A DNA stretch of 43,206 nucleotides, taken from positions 1-43,206 of the forward strand of contig CBDBGH010000002.1 of the NCBI GenBank assembly GCA_965205265.1. Reading direction: 5' to 3'. The DNA comes from Alphaproteobacteria bacterium. Lineage in GTDB: Bacteria > Pseudomonadota > Alphaproteobacteria > Bin95. Each line of letters starts with the position of its first letter. Position 1 is the first letter of the stretch. The notes under the pieces are model-generated. The model was given only the letters and a program-made list of their open reading frames with translations. It was not told the DNA's origin and made no database searches. Both the position numbers and the translations under genes were made by a program. Positions 1 through 8,826 of this stretch are shown one piece after another.

Positions 1-237
1 GAGGCCGTCCACGCCCTTCCGCAGCCCCGCCAGCTCGCCGGCGTACTCCGTCCGCACCAGCGCTCCCAGCGCCTCGGTGGCCCGCGCCAGGCTGGCGTCG
101 AGCGCCGCGATCCGCTCCGCCGTGTCCCTGCGCTGCTCCGCGAGCGCCTCCGCGACCTCCCGGAAGGCCCGCTCCACGTCCCCGGCGCCGCCGTCCGCGC
201 CGTCCTCCCAGCCGTCCGTCCCCATGCCGTCCTCCAT
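1..237 (-). CDS. DUF6118-like mobilization-associated protein, 5' part (cut by the window edge; full copy at 27808..28536)
   Basis: ATG at 237 just downstream of the traA stop, with a GAGGGG RBS. Same sequence as 28300..28536. Confidence 0.7.
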   Translation of the reverse strand, partial: MEDGMGTDGWEDGADGGAGDVERAFREVAEALAEQRRDTAERIAALDASLARATEALGALVRTEYAGELAGLRKGVDGL

Positions 238-251
238 CGCCGTCGCCCCCC

Positions 252-2765
252 TCAGAGGCCCATGCCCGGTCCCATGCCGCGCCCGCGCTCCGCCGCCCGG
301 GCCCTCTCCAGCTCCGCCGCCTCCTCCCGCGCCCGTGACGCCGCCGCGATCCGCTGGCGCAGCCGCTCCGTCACCCCGTCGGTGAGCGCCGTCGGCGGCG
401 GAGGCTCCCGGCCGCCCTCCGGGAACCGAAGGAACGTCCCTTTCAGGGAGGGCACCGCCTCCAGCCCGCGGCCCAGGCCCCGCCCGATGCGGTACAGCCA
501 CCCCGCCAGCCCGCGACGCGCCAGGAACCCGGCGCAGTCCAGCGCGTTCGGCGACAGCCCGGACCGCGACAGCCGCCGCGACAGGCCCCCGAAGCCCCCG
601 AACGTCTCCCGCGCCGCGTGGAGCCGGACGTCCTCCCGGTGCCGCGTCATCGCCACGTAGGTCAGGTGACGGTCCATCGTCGCGCCCGCGAACGCGAACG
701 TCCGGTCCACCGTCGCGCCCTGCGACCTGTGCACCGTCACCGCGTAGCCGTGGTCGATGGCCCGGAACGCCTCCGCGTCGACCTCCAGCGCCGCCCCGCC
801 GCCGTCCGGGCGAACCCGCATGGACGTCCCCTCCATGGCCTCCACCGTCCCCAGCGCGCCGTTGCGCACCCCGAGGCGGGCGTCGTTGGCCAGGAACGCG
901 ATCCGGTCCCCCGCCGCGAACGTCCGCTCGCCCTGCACCGTCGCCACCGCGGTCCCCCCCTCCGGCAGCCGCCCCGCCGCCCGCAGGCCCTCCCGCACCA
1001 GCAGGTTGATGTCCCGCACGTCCTCGCGCCGGTGCGCCAGCGCAAGGCGCGACGCCTCCGGACGCTCCAGCGCGTCCAGCGTCCAGCCCTCCGCCAGCGC
1101 CGCCAGCGCCCCCTCCCGCGTGTCGTCCCAGACGACGGCGCCCTCCCGCCGGTAGGCCTCCAGCCCCTCCGCCGTCCGCCGCGCCGCGAACAGCTCCGAC
1201 GCCCGCCGGTGCGCCTTCCGCCGCTGGCGGCGTATTTCCGTCACCGCCGCCACCCCGCAGCGCTCCGACAGCGCCCTGAACGCCGCGCCGGCCCCGATCG
1301 GCTGAAGCTGCTCGGGATCGCCCACCAGAACCGCCTTCGCCCCGCGCCGGTCCACCTCCCCCAGCACCGCCGACAGCTGCGCCGTGCCCAGCATCCCCGC
1401 CTCGTCGACGACCAGCACGTCCCCCGCCCCGAGCCGGTCCTCCCCGCGCTCCCAGCGGTGCGCCCAGGCCGACAGCGTCCGCGACGCGATCCCCGAGGAG
1501 CCCCGCAGCCCGTCCGCCGCCCTGCCCGCCAGCGCCGCCCCCACCACCCGGACGCCGGCCCGCTCCCAGGCGTCCCGCGCCGCCGACAGCGCCGTCGACT
1601 TCCCCGACCCGGCCGAACCCGCCACCAGCGCGATCCGCCCGGCGCCCGTCACGTGCCGCACCGCCGCCGCCTGCTCACGCGACAGCCGCCGGCCACCCGC
1701 GGCGGACGCCGCCAGCGCGGCGGCCACGTCCCTTTCCGGAACGCCCCGACCGGCGCCCCGCAGCCGCAGCGCCGTCCGCGACAGCGCCGTCTCCAGCGCC
1801 ACCGTCCGCCGCGTCGTGTAGAGCTCCGCGGGGACACCACCGCCGGCGGAGACCTCCACCAGCTCCGGCGAGGCCAGCGCCGCCCGCACCGCCGCCTCCA
1901 CAGCCGCCGGGTCGCCGCCCAACGCCCGCCGCGCCGCGGCCTCGACGTCGCCGCGGCGGAACACGCTCCGCCCGTCGGCCACCAGCCGCAGCAGGTCCCC
2001 CGCCCGGTCGGACAGAGCCGCGAGGTTCCACTCCCGGTCGGGGGCGGACAGCGCCGTCCGCTCCACCGCCGCGCCCCGCCGCGCCAGCGCCGTCGCGTGG
2101 ACCCCCACCGTCCGCGTCGGGCGCGCGCAGAGGTCCCGCGCCGCGTGCGACCGGTGGTCGATCCGGAGGTCGTGCCCCGCCCGCGCCAGCGCGTCGTTCG
2201 CCAGGTCCGCCCACTGCGCCCGGAGCGCCCGCACGCGCTCCGGGCCCGTCGCCAGCCCACGCCGCCGCAGCCACCCGTTCTCCCGCTCCAGCAGGATCTT
2301 GTCACCGAGCCCGTCCGCCGTCACCTCCCGCACCGTCAGCAGGATGTGCGCGTGGTGGTTGCGCCCGTCGCCGCCACGCGGCGGCGCGTGCACCGCCCAG
2401 TCCGCCGCGCAGCGGTGCCCCTCCGCAAGGTGCCGCGCCAGGGCCTCCGCAAGGTCCCGCCGCTGGCCGTCCGTCAGCTCCGCCGGAAGCGCAACCTCGA
2501 CCTCCTGCGCCGTCCGGGCGTCCCGCCGCCGCTCCGCCGCCTCCGCCGCGTTCCACAGCGCCTCCCGGTCCAGCGCCCACGGCGCGTCGACGCCCGACGG
2601 AAGGACGATCCCAGCCGCCGCCACGCCGCCCTTCGGGCGGAAGTCGTGCGACAGGCCCGTCCGCGCGTCCCGCAGAAGCGCGCCGGCCCGGTAGGCCGCC
2701 GCCGCAACCGCGCTGCGGCCCGTCGAGCGGCGAACCGGCTTCACGCTCAGGTGGTGGATCGCCAT
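252..2765 (-). CDS. traA: Ti-type conjugative relaxase TraA (MobA/MobL MOBQ relaxase + RecD-like helicase), 837 aa
   Basis: N-terminus MAIHHLSVK..RSAVAAAAYR, LWNAAEAAERR.DAR, EVEVALPAEL, the HUH motif NHHAHILLT, IDHRS; Walker A GSAGSGKST, VVDEAGM, LVGDPEQL, HGYAVTVHRSQGATVD, YVAMTRHR. Start moved to the ATG at 2765, which has a GGAGG RBS. Confidence 0.95.
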   Translation of the reverse strand: MAIHHLSVKPVRRSTGRSAVAAAAYRAGALLRDARTGLSHDFRPKGGVAAAGIVLPSGVDAPWALDREALWNAAEAAERRRDARTAQEVEVALPAELTDGQRRDLAEALARHLAEGHRCAADWAVHAPPRGGDGRNHHAHILLTVREVTADGLGDKILLERENGWLRRRGLATGPERVRALRAQWADLANDALARAGHDLRIDHRSHAARDLCARPTRTVGVHATALARRGAAVERTALSAPDREWNLAALSDRAGDLLRLVADGRSVFRRGDVEAAARRALGGDPAAVEAAVRAALASPELVEVSAGGGVPAELYTTRRTVALETALSRTALRLRGAGRGVPERDVAAALAASAAGGRRLSREQAAAVRHVTGAGRIALVAGSAGSGKSTALSAARDAWERAGVRVVGAALAGRAADGLRGSSGIASRTLSAWAHRWERGEDRLGAGDVLVVDEAGMLGTAQLSAVLGEVDRRGAKAVLVGDPEQLQPIGAGAAFRALSERCGVAAVTEIRRQRRKAHRRASELFAARRTAEGLEAYRREGAVVWDDTREGALAALAEGWTLDALERPEASRLALAHRREDVRDINLLVREGLRAAGRLPEGGTAVATVQGERTFAAGDRIAFLANDARLGVRNGALGTVEAMEGTSMRVRPDGGGAALEVDAEAFRAIDHGYAVTVHRSQGATVDRTFAFAGATMDRHLTYVAMTRHREDVRLHAARETFGGFGGLSRRLSRSGLSPNALDCAGFLARRGLAGWLYRIGRGLGRGLEAVPSLKGTFLRFPEGGREPPPPTALTDGVTERLRQRIAAASRAREEAAELERARAAERGRGMGPGMGL

Positions 2766-2814
2766 CGCGGCCTCCCGGGATGTCTTCACGGACACACGCA
2801 GCGTAGCGGGGCGC

Positions 2815-2856
2815 GAGTTGCGGAGCAACTCATAAGCGCGCCTTTACTCCGTAAAG
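2815..2856 (+). other. oriT (MOBQ-type nic region)
   Basis: Hairpin GAGTTGC-GGA-GCAACTC (2815-2831) followed directly by ATAAGCGCGCCTT, resembling the MOBQ core TAAGTGCGCCCT. Second hairpin CTTTAC-TCC-GTAAAG. Lies between divergent traA and the mobC operon. Confidence 0.8.
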
Positions 2857-2913
2857 TGGGATGGCGCGGGGGACACCCCGGATTCCGCGTTGCGCGCGGG
2901 GGCGGGACGCGGT

Positions 2914-3297
2914 ATGGCCCTCCGGAAACGGACGGAGGGGCGCGTGGATATCGGGATCGAGGACATCCTGGACTGCCTGAACGCGCGGACGGTCAGGTGC
3001 ACGTACGGCGCCGTCGCGGGCGCGCTGGGGATCGCCGCGGTGGGTGTCGGAAGGCTGCTCGGTGAGCACCGCCGGGAGGCGTCATGGGTCGTGAACGCGG
3101 AAACCGGCTGGCCGACAGGCTACGCGCCGGAGGATATCCACCCGGACCTGGAAGGGAGCCATCTGGTCACCGGGCCGGAGGAGCTGCTGGAGATGGTGGA
3201 ACAGCATGTCCGCTGTCGCCTCGCGGCCGGTCTCGGGGCGGGGCTGCTTCTCGCTGCCCTCGGGCTCTGGGCGCTGTCCGGGAGCGGACGGCCATGA
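2914..3297 (+). CDS. Hypothetical protein with an MGMT/ATL-like HTH signature and a C-terminal TM helix
   Basis: TYGAVAGALG..AVGVGRLLG..SWVV resembles the alkyltransferase-like DNA-binding motif. Alternative GTG start at 2944 after GGAGG. Stop overlaps the next ATG (ATGA). Confidence 0.55.
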   Translation: MALRKRTEGRVDIGIEDILDCLNARTVRCTYGAVAGALGIAAVGVGRLLGEHRREASWVVNAETGWPTGYAPEDIHPDLEGSHLVTGPEELLEMVEQHVRCRLAAGLGAGLLLAALGLWALSGSGRP

Positions 3298-3638
3298 CGG
3301 GCGGAAGGCGGAGGACGGACGGCGAGCGGCTCGAGGAGCTCGCGGAGAGGAAGAAAGCCATCGAGGCGCGCATGCAGGCCATCAGGGCCCGCACCGAGCA
3401 GAGACGCCGGAAGGAGGACACAAGGAGGAAGATCCTGCTCGGCGCGTTGATCCTCCACGAGATGGAGAACCCGGGGACCGGCGGACGGCTCAGGGGCTGG
3501 GCCGCCCGCAGGCTGCCGGGGTTCGTCAGGGAACGCGACCGACATCTCTTCGAGGGGATCGGCCTCGACATCGACTGGGGGGAACCGGGAAAGACGGACG
3601 CGGACGGGAAGGAAGGGGCTGAGCCGGATGGCCGGTGA
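3294..3638 (+). CDS. Mobilization accessory protein (MobC/TraD-like), 114 aa
   Basis: Coiled-coil N-terminus, RKEDTRRKILLGALIL and RDRHLF motifs typical of MOBQ relaxosome accessory proteins; divergent from traA across oriT. Confidence 0.8.
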   Translation: MTGGRRRTDGERLEELAERKKAIEARMQAIRARTEQRRRKEDTRRKILLGALILHEMENPGTGGRLRGWAARRLPGFVRERDRHLFEGIGLDIDWGEPGKTDADGKEGAEPDGR

Positions 3639-4196
3639 GGCGCCGGGACAACGTCTCCTGCTCGGCACCGACGGCCTGCTCCGCAGCCGGACCGGGCGTG
3701 TCTGGGCTGGTGACAGGATCGACGCGGCGCGCATCGAGGTCCCGCATCTCGCGCCCCATGTCATGACGCTCGATACCGGCGGCACGGGCGGTGGCGATGC
3801 CGTAAGGATCCTCGTCCGCTACTCCTGCCACTGCTGGAGCTCCGGATGGGACGGCGGCGGTCCGCCGCCGGAATTCCTCATCATGGACGGGAACCGCGCG
3901 CGTGTCTTCGACCGCACGCGTTTCGACGCGTCCCTCGAACTGCCGGACCTGATCGCCGCGCTGCCGGAAATCCAGGTTTACGTGACCCGTTCCGAACGGA
4001 ACTACGGGTGCTGCCGCGGCGACGGAGCGCCCGTCGCCCGCGAGGCGTATTCGACGGTTTCCGGCACACGCTCCTCATGCAGGTGGAAAGCGCCTATCCG
4101 CGCGTCCAGCCGGAGGAGGGAAGGGCAAGGACGGGCCTGCGCGCGGTCGTCGCCGCGGCGCGCAGGGGAGCGGTCGTCAGGTACCGCCGCCCGTGA
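3628..4196 (+). pseudogene. Frameshifted hypothetical protein, possibly an RNase-toxin-like fold
   Basis: Protein-like N-part HLAPH..VRYSCHCWS..RVFDRTRFDASLELPDLI..ERNY (ORF 3628) continues in another frame as FDGFRHTLLMQVESAYP..VVRYRRP (stop 4196). Break near 4010-4050. Confidence 0.55.
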
Positions 4197-4315
4197 AACG
4201 CCGAGGGAGCCTCGCGGCTCCCTGGCTACCTCGGCGACCTCTTCAATCCACCCTTGCGGTTGGACCGCCTCGCGGCGGCGGGGGGGCTCTCCCGGCCGAT
4301 CATGAACCCCTATGG
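4197..4315 (-). ncRNA. Candidate structured non-coding RNA
   Basis: Three stem-loops whose loops are GNRA only on the minus strand: 4205-4222 (GCGA), 4247-4264 (GCAA), 4265-4278 (GCGA). Outer stem 4199-4206/4229-4236. Minus-strand TTGACA at 4349-4344. Confidence 0.55.
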
Positions 4316-4498
4316 AACCGACATGGGATGCCGACGGGGGGTGTGTCAACCATAAATCCCCGGAATGTCGAAGACGCCATGCCGCATTGCCGCGACCGAT
4401 CCGCGGTCGACGGCTTTCAATCCCCGGGGCCGCCCGGCGTTCGACAAACCCTCCCTTCATGGCGCAACCTTCTCACCGGACATCCAGAGGGACACAGA

Positions 4499-5509
4499 AT
4501 GCGGTTCAGGCATTCATGCATCGCGCTCATGCTGGCTGCCGGCGCGGCGGTTGCCGATCCCATACCGGGATCCACATTCAGGATAGGCAACTGGGAGGGA
4601 GGCGCCTACGGCTCCGAAGGTTCGGGCGCGTTCACGCACTGCGGGATCAGCGCAGGCTACGTGACCGGCGATGTCCTTCACTTCACCGTCAACCGGCAGG
4701 CGACCGTCACGGTTGCCGTGACCAGCCCGGCACTGGCCGGCATCCCGGTGGGCGAGTCGTTCCCGGTGGTGCTTCACGTGGACAGGCGGCCGCCCTTCCA
4801 TGGCAGCGCCACGGTGCTGGCCGATGGGTTCGCGGCGCTGGAGGTCACGGACTTCGACCGTGCGCTGGAGAGCTTCATGCGAGGCTACACACTGACCGTA
4901 CGGGGAGCCGGGCGGGAGGGCCGGTATGACCTGACCGGAACGTTCCGCGCACTCGGGGCCACCATGGACTGCGCAGCCCGCTATTTCGACCATGCACCGA
5001 CCCATACCCAGCCGGACAGGACCGCCGCCTTCCAGCTCGCGACGACCGTTCTCACCGGCCTTGGCATCCGGGACTTCCGGTTCCTGTCACAGGGGGAGCT
5101 GGAGGAGATGGGGCAGCCGGACTCGGTTGCCTGGACCGCACCGGAACACGGGCTGTTCGGCTGGTCGCTGCTGGTGCCACGCAGCCCCGGGCAGTATGGA
5201 CTCAGGGACACCGACCCGGCTGACACTGCCTACCTTGCCCGGAAATGCGGTGGCGACTACGCGACCAGCTCCAGGTCCATCCCGTTGCCGGACGGGAACG
5301 CCGCCCGCGAGCTCCGCCTGATCTGCCAGGAGGAGGGCGGCGCCACCGAACATTTAGTGTCGAAGTTCTTCGCCGGGGACCTTGTCGTGTACAATGCGCT
5401 GACGTTCGTCGCACCGCGGAGGGACCGGCCTGCCGGGTGGCCTCCTTCGCGGTGGAGCGAGGAGGCCACGCTGAGGGCAGCGGGCTATTTCACCGATGCC
5501 GGCCGCTGA
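4499..5509 (+). CDS. Secreted or periplasmic hypothetical protein, 336 aa
   Basis: Signal peptide MRFRHSCIALMLAAGAAVA|DP, GAGGGA RBS, and paired Cys residues. The upstream ORF extension from 4193 overlaps the RNA element and is unlikely. Confidence 0.75.
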   Translation: MRFRHSCIALMLAAGAAVADPIPGSTFRIGNWEGGAYGSEGSGAFTHCGISAGYVTGDVLHFTVNRQATVTVAVTSPALAGIPVGESFPVVLHVDRRPPFHGSATVLADGFAALEVTDFDRALESFMRGYTLTVRGAGREGRYDLTGTFRALGATMDCAARYFDHAPTHTQPDRTAAFQLATTVLTGLGIRDFRFLSQGELEEMGQPDSVAWTAPEHGLFGWSLLVPRSPGQYGLRDTDPADTAYLARKCGGDYATSSRSIPLPDGNAARELRLICQEEGGATEHLVSKFFAGDLVVYNALTFVAPRRDRPAGWPPSRWSEEATLRAAGYFTDAGR

Positions 5510-5614
5510 GATGCCCGACCGGGACCGGACAGTTCGCTTTGCCGCCGCCATCGGGAAATGCCGGAAATCCTGTGGGACTTTCGGACCTTTGTTGGGATCA
5601 ACCCAGAAGCCGGC

Positions 5615-5643
5615 TTGCGCCACATCGGCGCCGGTTCTATGTT
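5615..5643 (+). promoter_or_regulatory. sigma70-like promoter for a leaderless transcript
   Basis: TTGCGC-N17-TATGTT, with ATG 6 nt later and no SD sequence. Same geometry as 12898-12926. Confidence 0.5.
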
Positions 5644-5649
5644 ATGGTC

Positions 5650-5859
5650 ATGAGCGGCGAGCCGGACATAAATGACCTTGCCCGGCAGGTCGCCGTGCTG
5701 GAGGAGCGCATGAAAACCCGGCAGGCCGAATACGAAAGCGCACTGGACAGGTTCCGGGCGGATATGGCCCAGCGTGACAAGGACAACATGCGCTGGCATG
5801 TTGGTCTGTGGCTCGCGGCGGTTGTCGTATTGGGCTTCCTGATCCGCTGGCCTTTCTGA
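5650..5859 (+). CDS. Small coiled-coil + C-terminal TM protein, paralog 1 (69 aa; DUF1640/XhlA-like architecture)
   Basis: DLARQVAVLEERM..RADMAQRDK followed by the hydrophobic tail WHVGLWLAAVVVLGFLIRWPF. Two paralogs elsewhere on the unit. Confidence 0.75.
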   Translation: MSGEPDINDLARQVAVLEERMKTRQAEYESALDRFRADMAQRDKDNMRWHVGLWLAAVVVLGFLIRWPF

Positions 5860-5977
5860 TCGGCGGCTCCGCCACCCAAGGCACGGAAAGGCCCCGGCCC
5901 GCGCCGTGGAACGCCGACTCCCTTGGCATGTCCGGGCCAGACTTTCCGTCGTGTAGCGGCATGCAGTCATCCGTGAC

Positions 5978-6687
5978 ATGAGCAAGGCTGCGTTCATCGG
6001 CTGGGATGTTGGTGGCTGGAACTGCGACCGTAACCAGAAGAGCCGCGACGCTCTGGTCGTGTTGGACTACAAGGAGCAATGCATCGGCCAGCCCTTCTGG
6101 GGCAATCTGCGCGAAACGATCAACGGAGCGGGCTCATCCGCCGATTTCCTCTCCGCGCTGCTGAGGCTTTGCAAAATCGATGTTTCCGCCCCGCCCGAAC
6201 GCGTGGTTATCGCGATCGACGCGCCCCTCGGTTTCCCGAAGCCTTCACGCGCCTGGTCACGTGCGGGGAGACAGCTGACCGGATCGGCCAGTCGTCCGCC
6301 ACCAACCCCTACCTGTTCCGTGAGACGGAACGGCGCCTTGCCGGCGAGAAAATGCCGCTCTCGGCCATCAAGGACATGATCGGCAGCCAGAGTACGAAGG
6401 CAATGCATGTCGTCGCACGCTTCGCCCCCACGCCTGAAACGTGCGGGGTATGGACCGATCGTGACCGCCGCCTGACCATCATCGAAACATATCCGGGTCT
6501 CTGCTGCGCACGGCTGCAGGACCCTCATCCAAAAAAAGAGGGCCGCGATGCAGATGTTCGCGACGCCAGGGTTTGTGCCAAAGTGGCTCTCGATTTCACG
6601 TTGTGCCGCGAGCGCCTTGAGGGCCCGCCCGCCAGATCTCCGGAGTCAGAAGGCTGGATCTGGGCTCAGCGACGTAATTCTGGCTAG
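5978..6687 (+). pseudogene. DUF429-like (RNase H-fold predicted nuclease) gene, frameshifted
   Basis: FIGWDVGGW..IAIDAPLGFP in one frame continues as EAFTRLV..YLFRETER..IIETYP..EGWIW in the next. One base is missing near 6236-6240. Confidence 0.7.
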
Positions 6688-6757
6688 AACCCCGCCAGAC
6701 GCCGACCGCGCAGTCCCGGCGGCAGCGCTTCCTTACAGCACCTTCCCGACCTTGAAA

Positions 6758-6830
6758 ATGGTCTCGAACAGGCTGTCCGAAAAAGGGCGCGCGACAGCGG
6801 CCGGAAAACCTTCGAGAATCAGCGCATGGA
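6758..6830 (+). repeat. Diverged copy of the resolvase upstream (res-like) sequence at 11505-11578
   Basis: ATGG..CGAAC.GGCTGTCCGAAAAAGGG..GCGAC.GCGGCCGGAAAA.CCTT..GAATCA.CGC.TGGA is shared by both sites. Confidence 0.75.
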
Positions 6831-6879
6831 ATCGGGCTGGCCGATCGGCTACGCTGGGGGCCGGGAGAGGGATTCCGAC

Positions 6880-7158
6880 ATGCACGTCGAGGTCGCGGAC
6901 AGGAAGGAGGAGATCGCTGGGATCTGCCGCCGCCACAGGGTGTCGCTCCTCGAGGTGTTCGGGTCGGCCGCCAGGGGCGCCGACTTCGATCCCGAAAGGA
7001 GCGATGTGGACTTCCTGGTGGAGTTCGAGCCGCCGACCCTGCCGGGGCTCTTCAGGCGGCGCATGGGCCTGGTCAGGGACCTCCGGACAGCCCTGGACAG
7101 GGAGGTGGACATGATCAGGATGGGCTCGGTCGACAAAAGGTATCTGGGGTCTGAGTAG
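6880..7158 (+). pseudogene. Minimal nucleotidyltransferase (MNT antitoxin), 3'-truncated paralog with no HEPN partner
   Basis: FGSAARG.DFDPERSDVDFLVEF motif. Near-identical to 10742..11059 until about 7140, then diverges and stops early. Confidence 0.75.
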
Positions 7159-7597
7159 CAACGGAACAGAAAACCTACATAAGGATTTCAGGACTCGTCA
7201 CCAGGCACCGCAAACGGCTGGTTCACGGTCGAAGCTGATGAAGATGATGGGGTTTGGAGAGCAACGGGAAAGGCTGACTCCCGAGGCAGCTGCTGAACTT
7301 CTGTGGAAAGAATTCCTCGAACAGGCAGAGGTAACGAGTGGCCGCGGCTGCGTTCAGCAAGCGCTCGAGGAGCTGGACATATGTCCCCACTTCCAGTCCA
7401 AAGTGCAACACCGGCCATTTTCCCCGCCCGGGCGGGGAAGAACGCACCACCGGGTGAAAAAACCTCAGCAGGGCATCTTGTGAGCCTGCCTGAAGTGTTC
7501 TGGATAGAATACCTGCACGACATGGCCGTACGGCTTGTCAGCGCCAAGCCGGAGGATAAATGTTTACATAGTCCATATGATCCCTATATCAGAAGCA

Positions 7598-7807
7598 ATG
7601 ACCGAAACGCCTGACAACCAAGACCTTGCCCGGCAGGTCGCCGTTCTGGAGGAACGCATGAACACGATGCAAGCCAACCTTTCGGCCGCCCTTGAGCGGT
7701 TCCGTGCGGATATGGAACGGCGTGACAAGCTGTTGCTTGGTATCCTTGTGTCGGTCCTTGTCGGGGTCGTGCTCGTCCTGGCCCGCTCATACTTCCCGCC
7801 TGCCTGA
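7598..7807 (+). CDS. Small coiled-coil + TM protein, paralog 2 (69 aa)
   Basis: DLARQVAVLEERMNT..ERFRADMERRDK with a different hydrophobic tail, LLLGILVSVLVGVVLVLA. Confidence 0.75.
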   Translation: MTETPDNQDLARQVAVLEERMNTMQANLSAALERFRADMERRDKLLLGILVSVLVGVVLVLARSYFPPA

Positions 7808-7879
7808 TTCCGAAAAGCAAATCCCCGATTACGTGTCCGAGGCAACGTCCAGCACGATGCGGACACATTGAACGGATCG

Positions 7880-8065
7880 CGCCCGTGGAGGACGGGGCAT
7901 GGCGGGTTGCCTTCGCCTTCGACCCAAAGCGCGGGGCGGTTCTTCCGGTGCCAGCGACAGGTCGGGAGGCGGCGGGCGGCGCTTCTACCGCCAACTCGTC
8001 CGCAAGGCCGACGAACGGTTCGACCGGCACCGGAAGAACCGCCCCGCCGACGAAAGGGTAAAGCG
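7880..8065 (+). pseudogene. RelE/ParE-family (Gp49/HigB-like) toxin remnant
   Basis: Fragments WRVAFAFDPKRGAVL and RRFYRQLVRKADERFDRH in shifting frames, with no intact start. Confidence 0.65.
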
Positions 8066-8278
8066 ATGACGCGGATCGAGGACAGGGCCGCCGGGATGAT
8101 AGCCGAGGAAATGACGCTGCGCGAGCTGCGCAGGACGGTGGAGGCGATAGGCGGGAGCCTGTCGCTGACCGCGCGCTTTCCCGCCCGGCGGCCGGTCGAA
8201 CTCTCCGGTGTCGCCGGGCGCGGGATCGACGGGTGGAATCAATCCTGCCCCACTTCCGGTCCGAAGGGCACCGGTTGA
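8066..8278 (+). pseudogene. XRE/HigA-type antitoxin remnant with the HTH deleted
   Basis: IAEEMTLRELR is fused directly to RTVEAIGGSLSLTARFP..PVELSG. The intervening HTH normally found in this family is missing. Confidence 0.65.
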
Positions 8279-8607
8279 ACCAAAAGGAGGGAACATGTTG
8301 GAGCGGCGGCGGATCGAGGACAGTCTCATCTGACGCCCCTGCCCGGTCAGTGCCGCCTTAGGGGGCGCCGCGCCCCGACATTCCTTCCGGCTGGCTCTTC
8401 GATCGGGGGGTCCTGGACTGGAACAGTTCCCGGACACGCGCGCCCTTCTTCAAGACCTTCCTTCCCTCCAACCGGCGCTGCCGTCCGGGTTCTTGGCGCC
8501 CCGCCGCCTCTCAGCGACCTTTTCTCAAAAACCTCCCCGTCTCCGGCCCGCGGTCCGGTCGGGCGGGGTGCCTCCGCACCGGCGTTTTCCGGGGTTCCAA
8601 GCCGTGG

Positions 8608-8790
8608 TTTTCCACAGACGTGGGCCCTGTGTTAGATAGTACACCTGTTAAAGTACTGTTACGGGCTGGAAATCAGCATGTATGCCACTGAAATCAAGGG
8701 ATATTATTGACAGCAGCGTGGGCAAAGTGACGAAATGGCGTGGGCAAAGTGACGAAATGACCCCATGAATGCGTGGGCAAAGTGACGAAA
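8608..8790 (+). other. Plasmid replication origin: DnaA box, AT-rich region and iterons
   Basis: TTTTCCACA at 8608-8616 fits TTWTNCACA. AT-rich 8625-8710 with repeated TGTTA, then iterons, immediately upstream of repA. Confidence 0.8.
8716..8790 (+). repeat. Three 20-bp iterons GCGTGGGCAAAGTGACGAAA
   Basis: Exact copies at 8716, 8738 and 8771. Spacings of 22 and 33 bp are multiples of one helical turn. Confidence 0.92.
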
Positions 8791-8826
8791 GTTGTTATTT
8801 ACACACGGTTCTGTTATTCGCAGATC

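Noticed and set aside
618-3065. 815-aa plus-strand ORF (and its copy 28917..31364) and many other overlapping Arg/Pro/Ala-rich ORFs
   Set aside because: Shadow frames opposite traA and other genes in very GC-rich DNA, where stops are rare. Low-complexity translations with no motifs.
252-3638. Self-transmissible conjugation system
   Set aside because: No VirB/Trb or coupling-protein genes in the complete unit. The plasmid is mobilizable only.
4193-4498. N-terminal 102 aa of the 438-aa ORF
   Set aside because: It overlaps the hairpin-rich element. The signal peptide and RBS define the start at 4499.
5978-6687. Programmed frameshift in the DUF429-like gene
   Set aside because: No slippery heptamer at the break. 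A simple 1-bp deletion or consensus error is more parsimonious on a plasmid full of lesions.
7160-7560. Lower-GC stretch with short ORFs (7238..7483 and others)
   Set aside because: Probably gene debris, but no recognisable motif, so no call is supportable.
8716-8790. 20-bp direct repeats as a mini CRISPR array
   Set aside because: Gaps are only 2 and 13 bp, there are no cas genes, and the repeats sit in helical phase upstream of repA. They are iterons.
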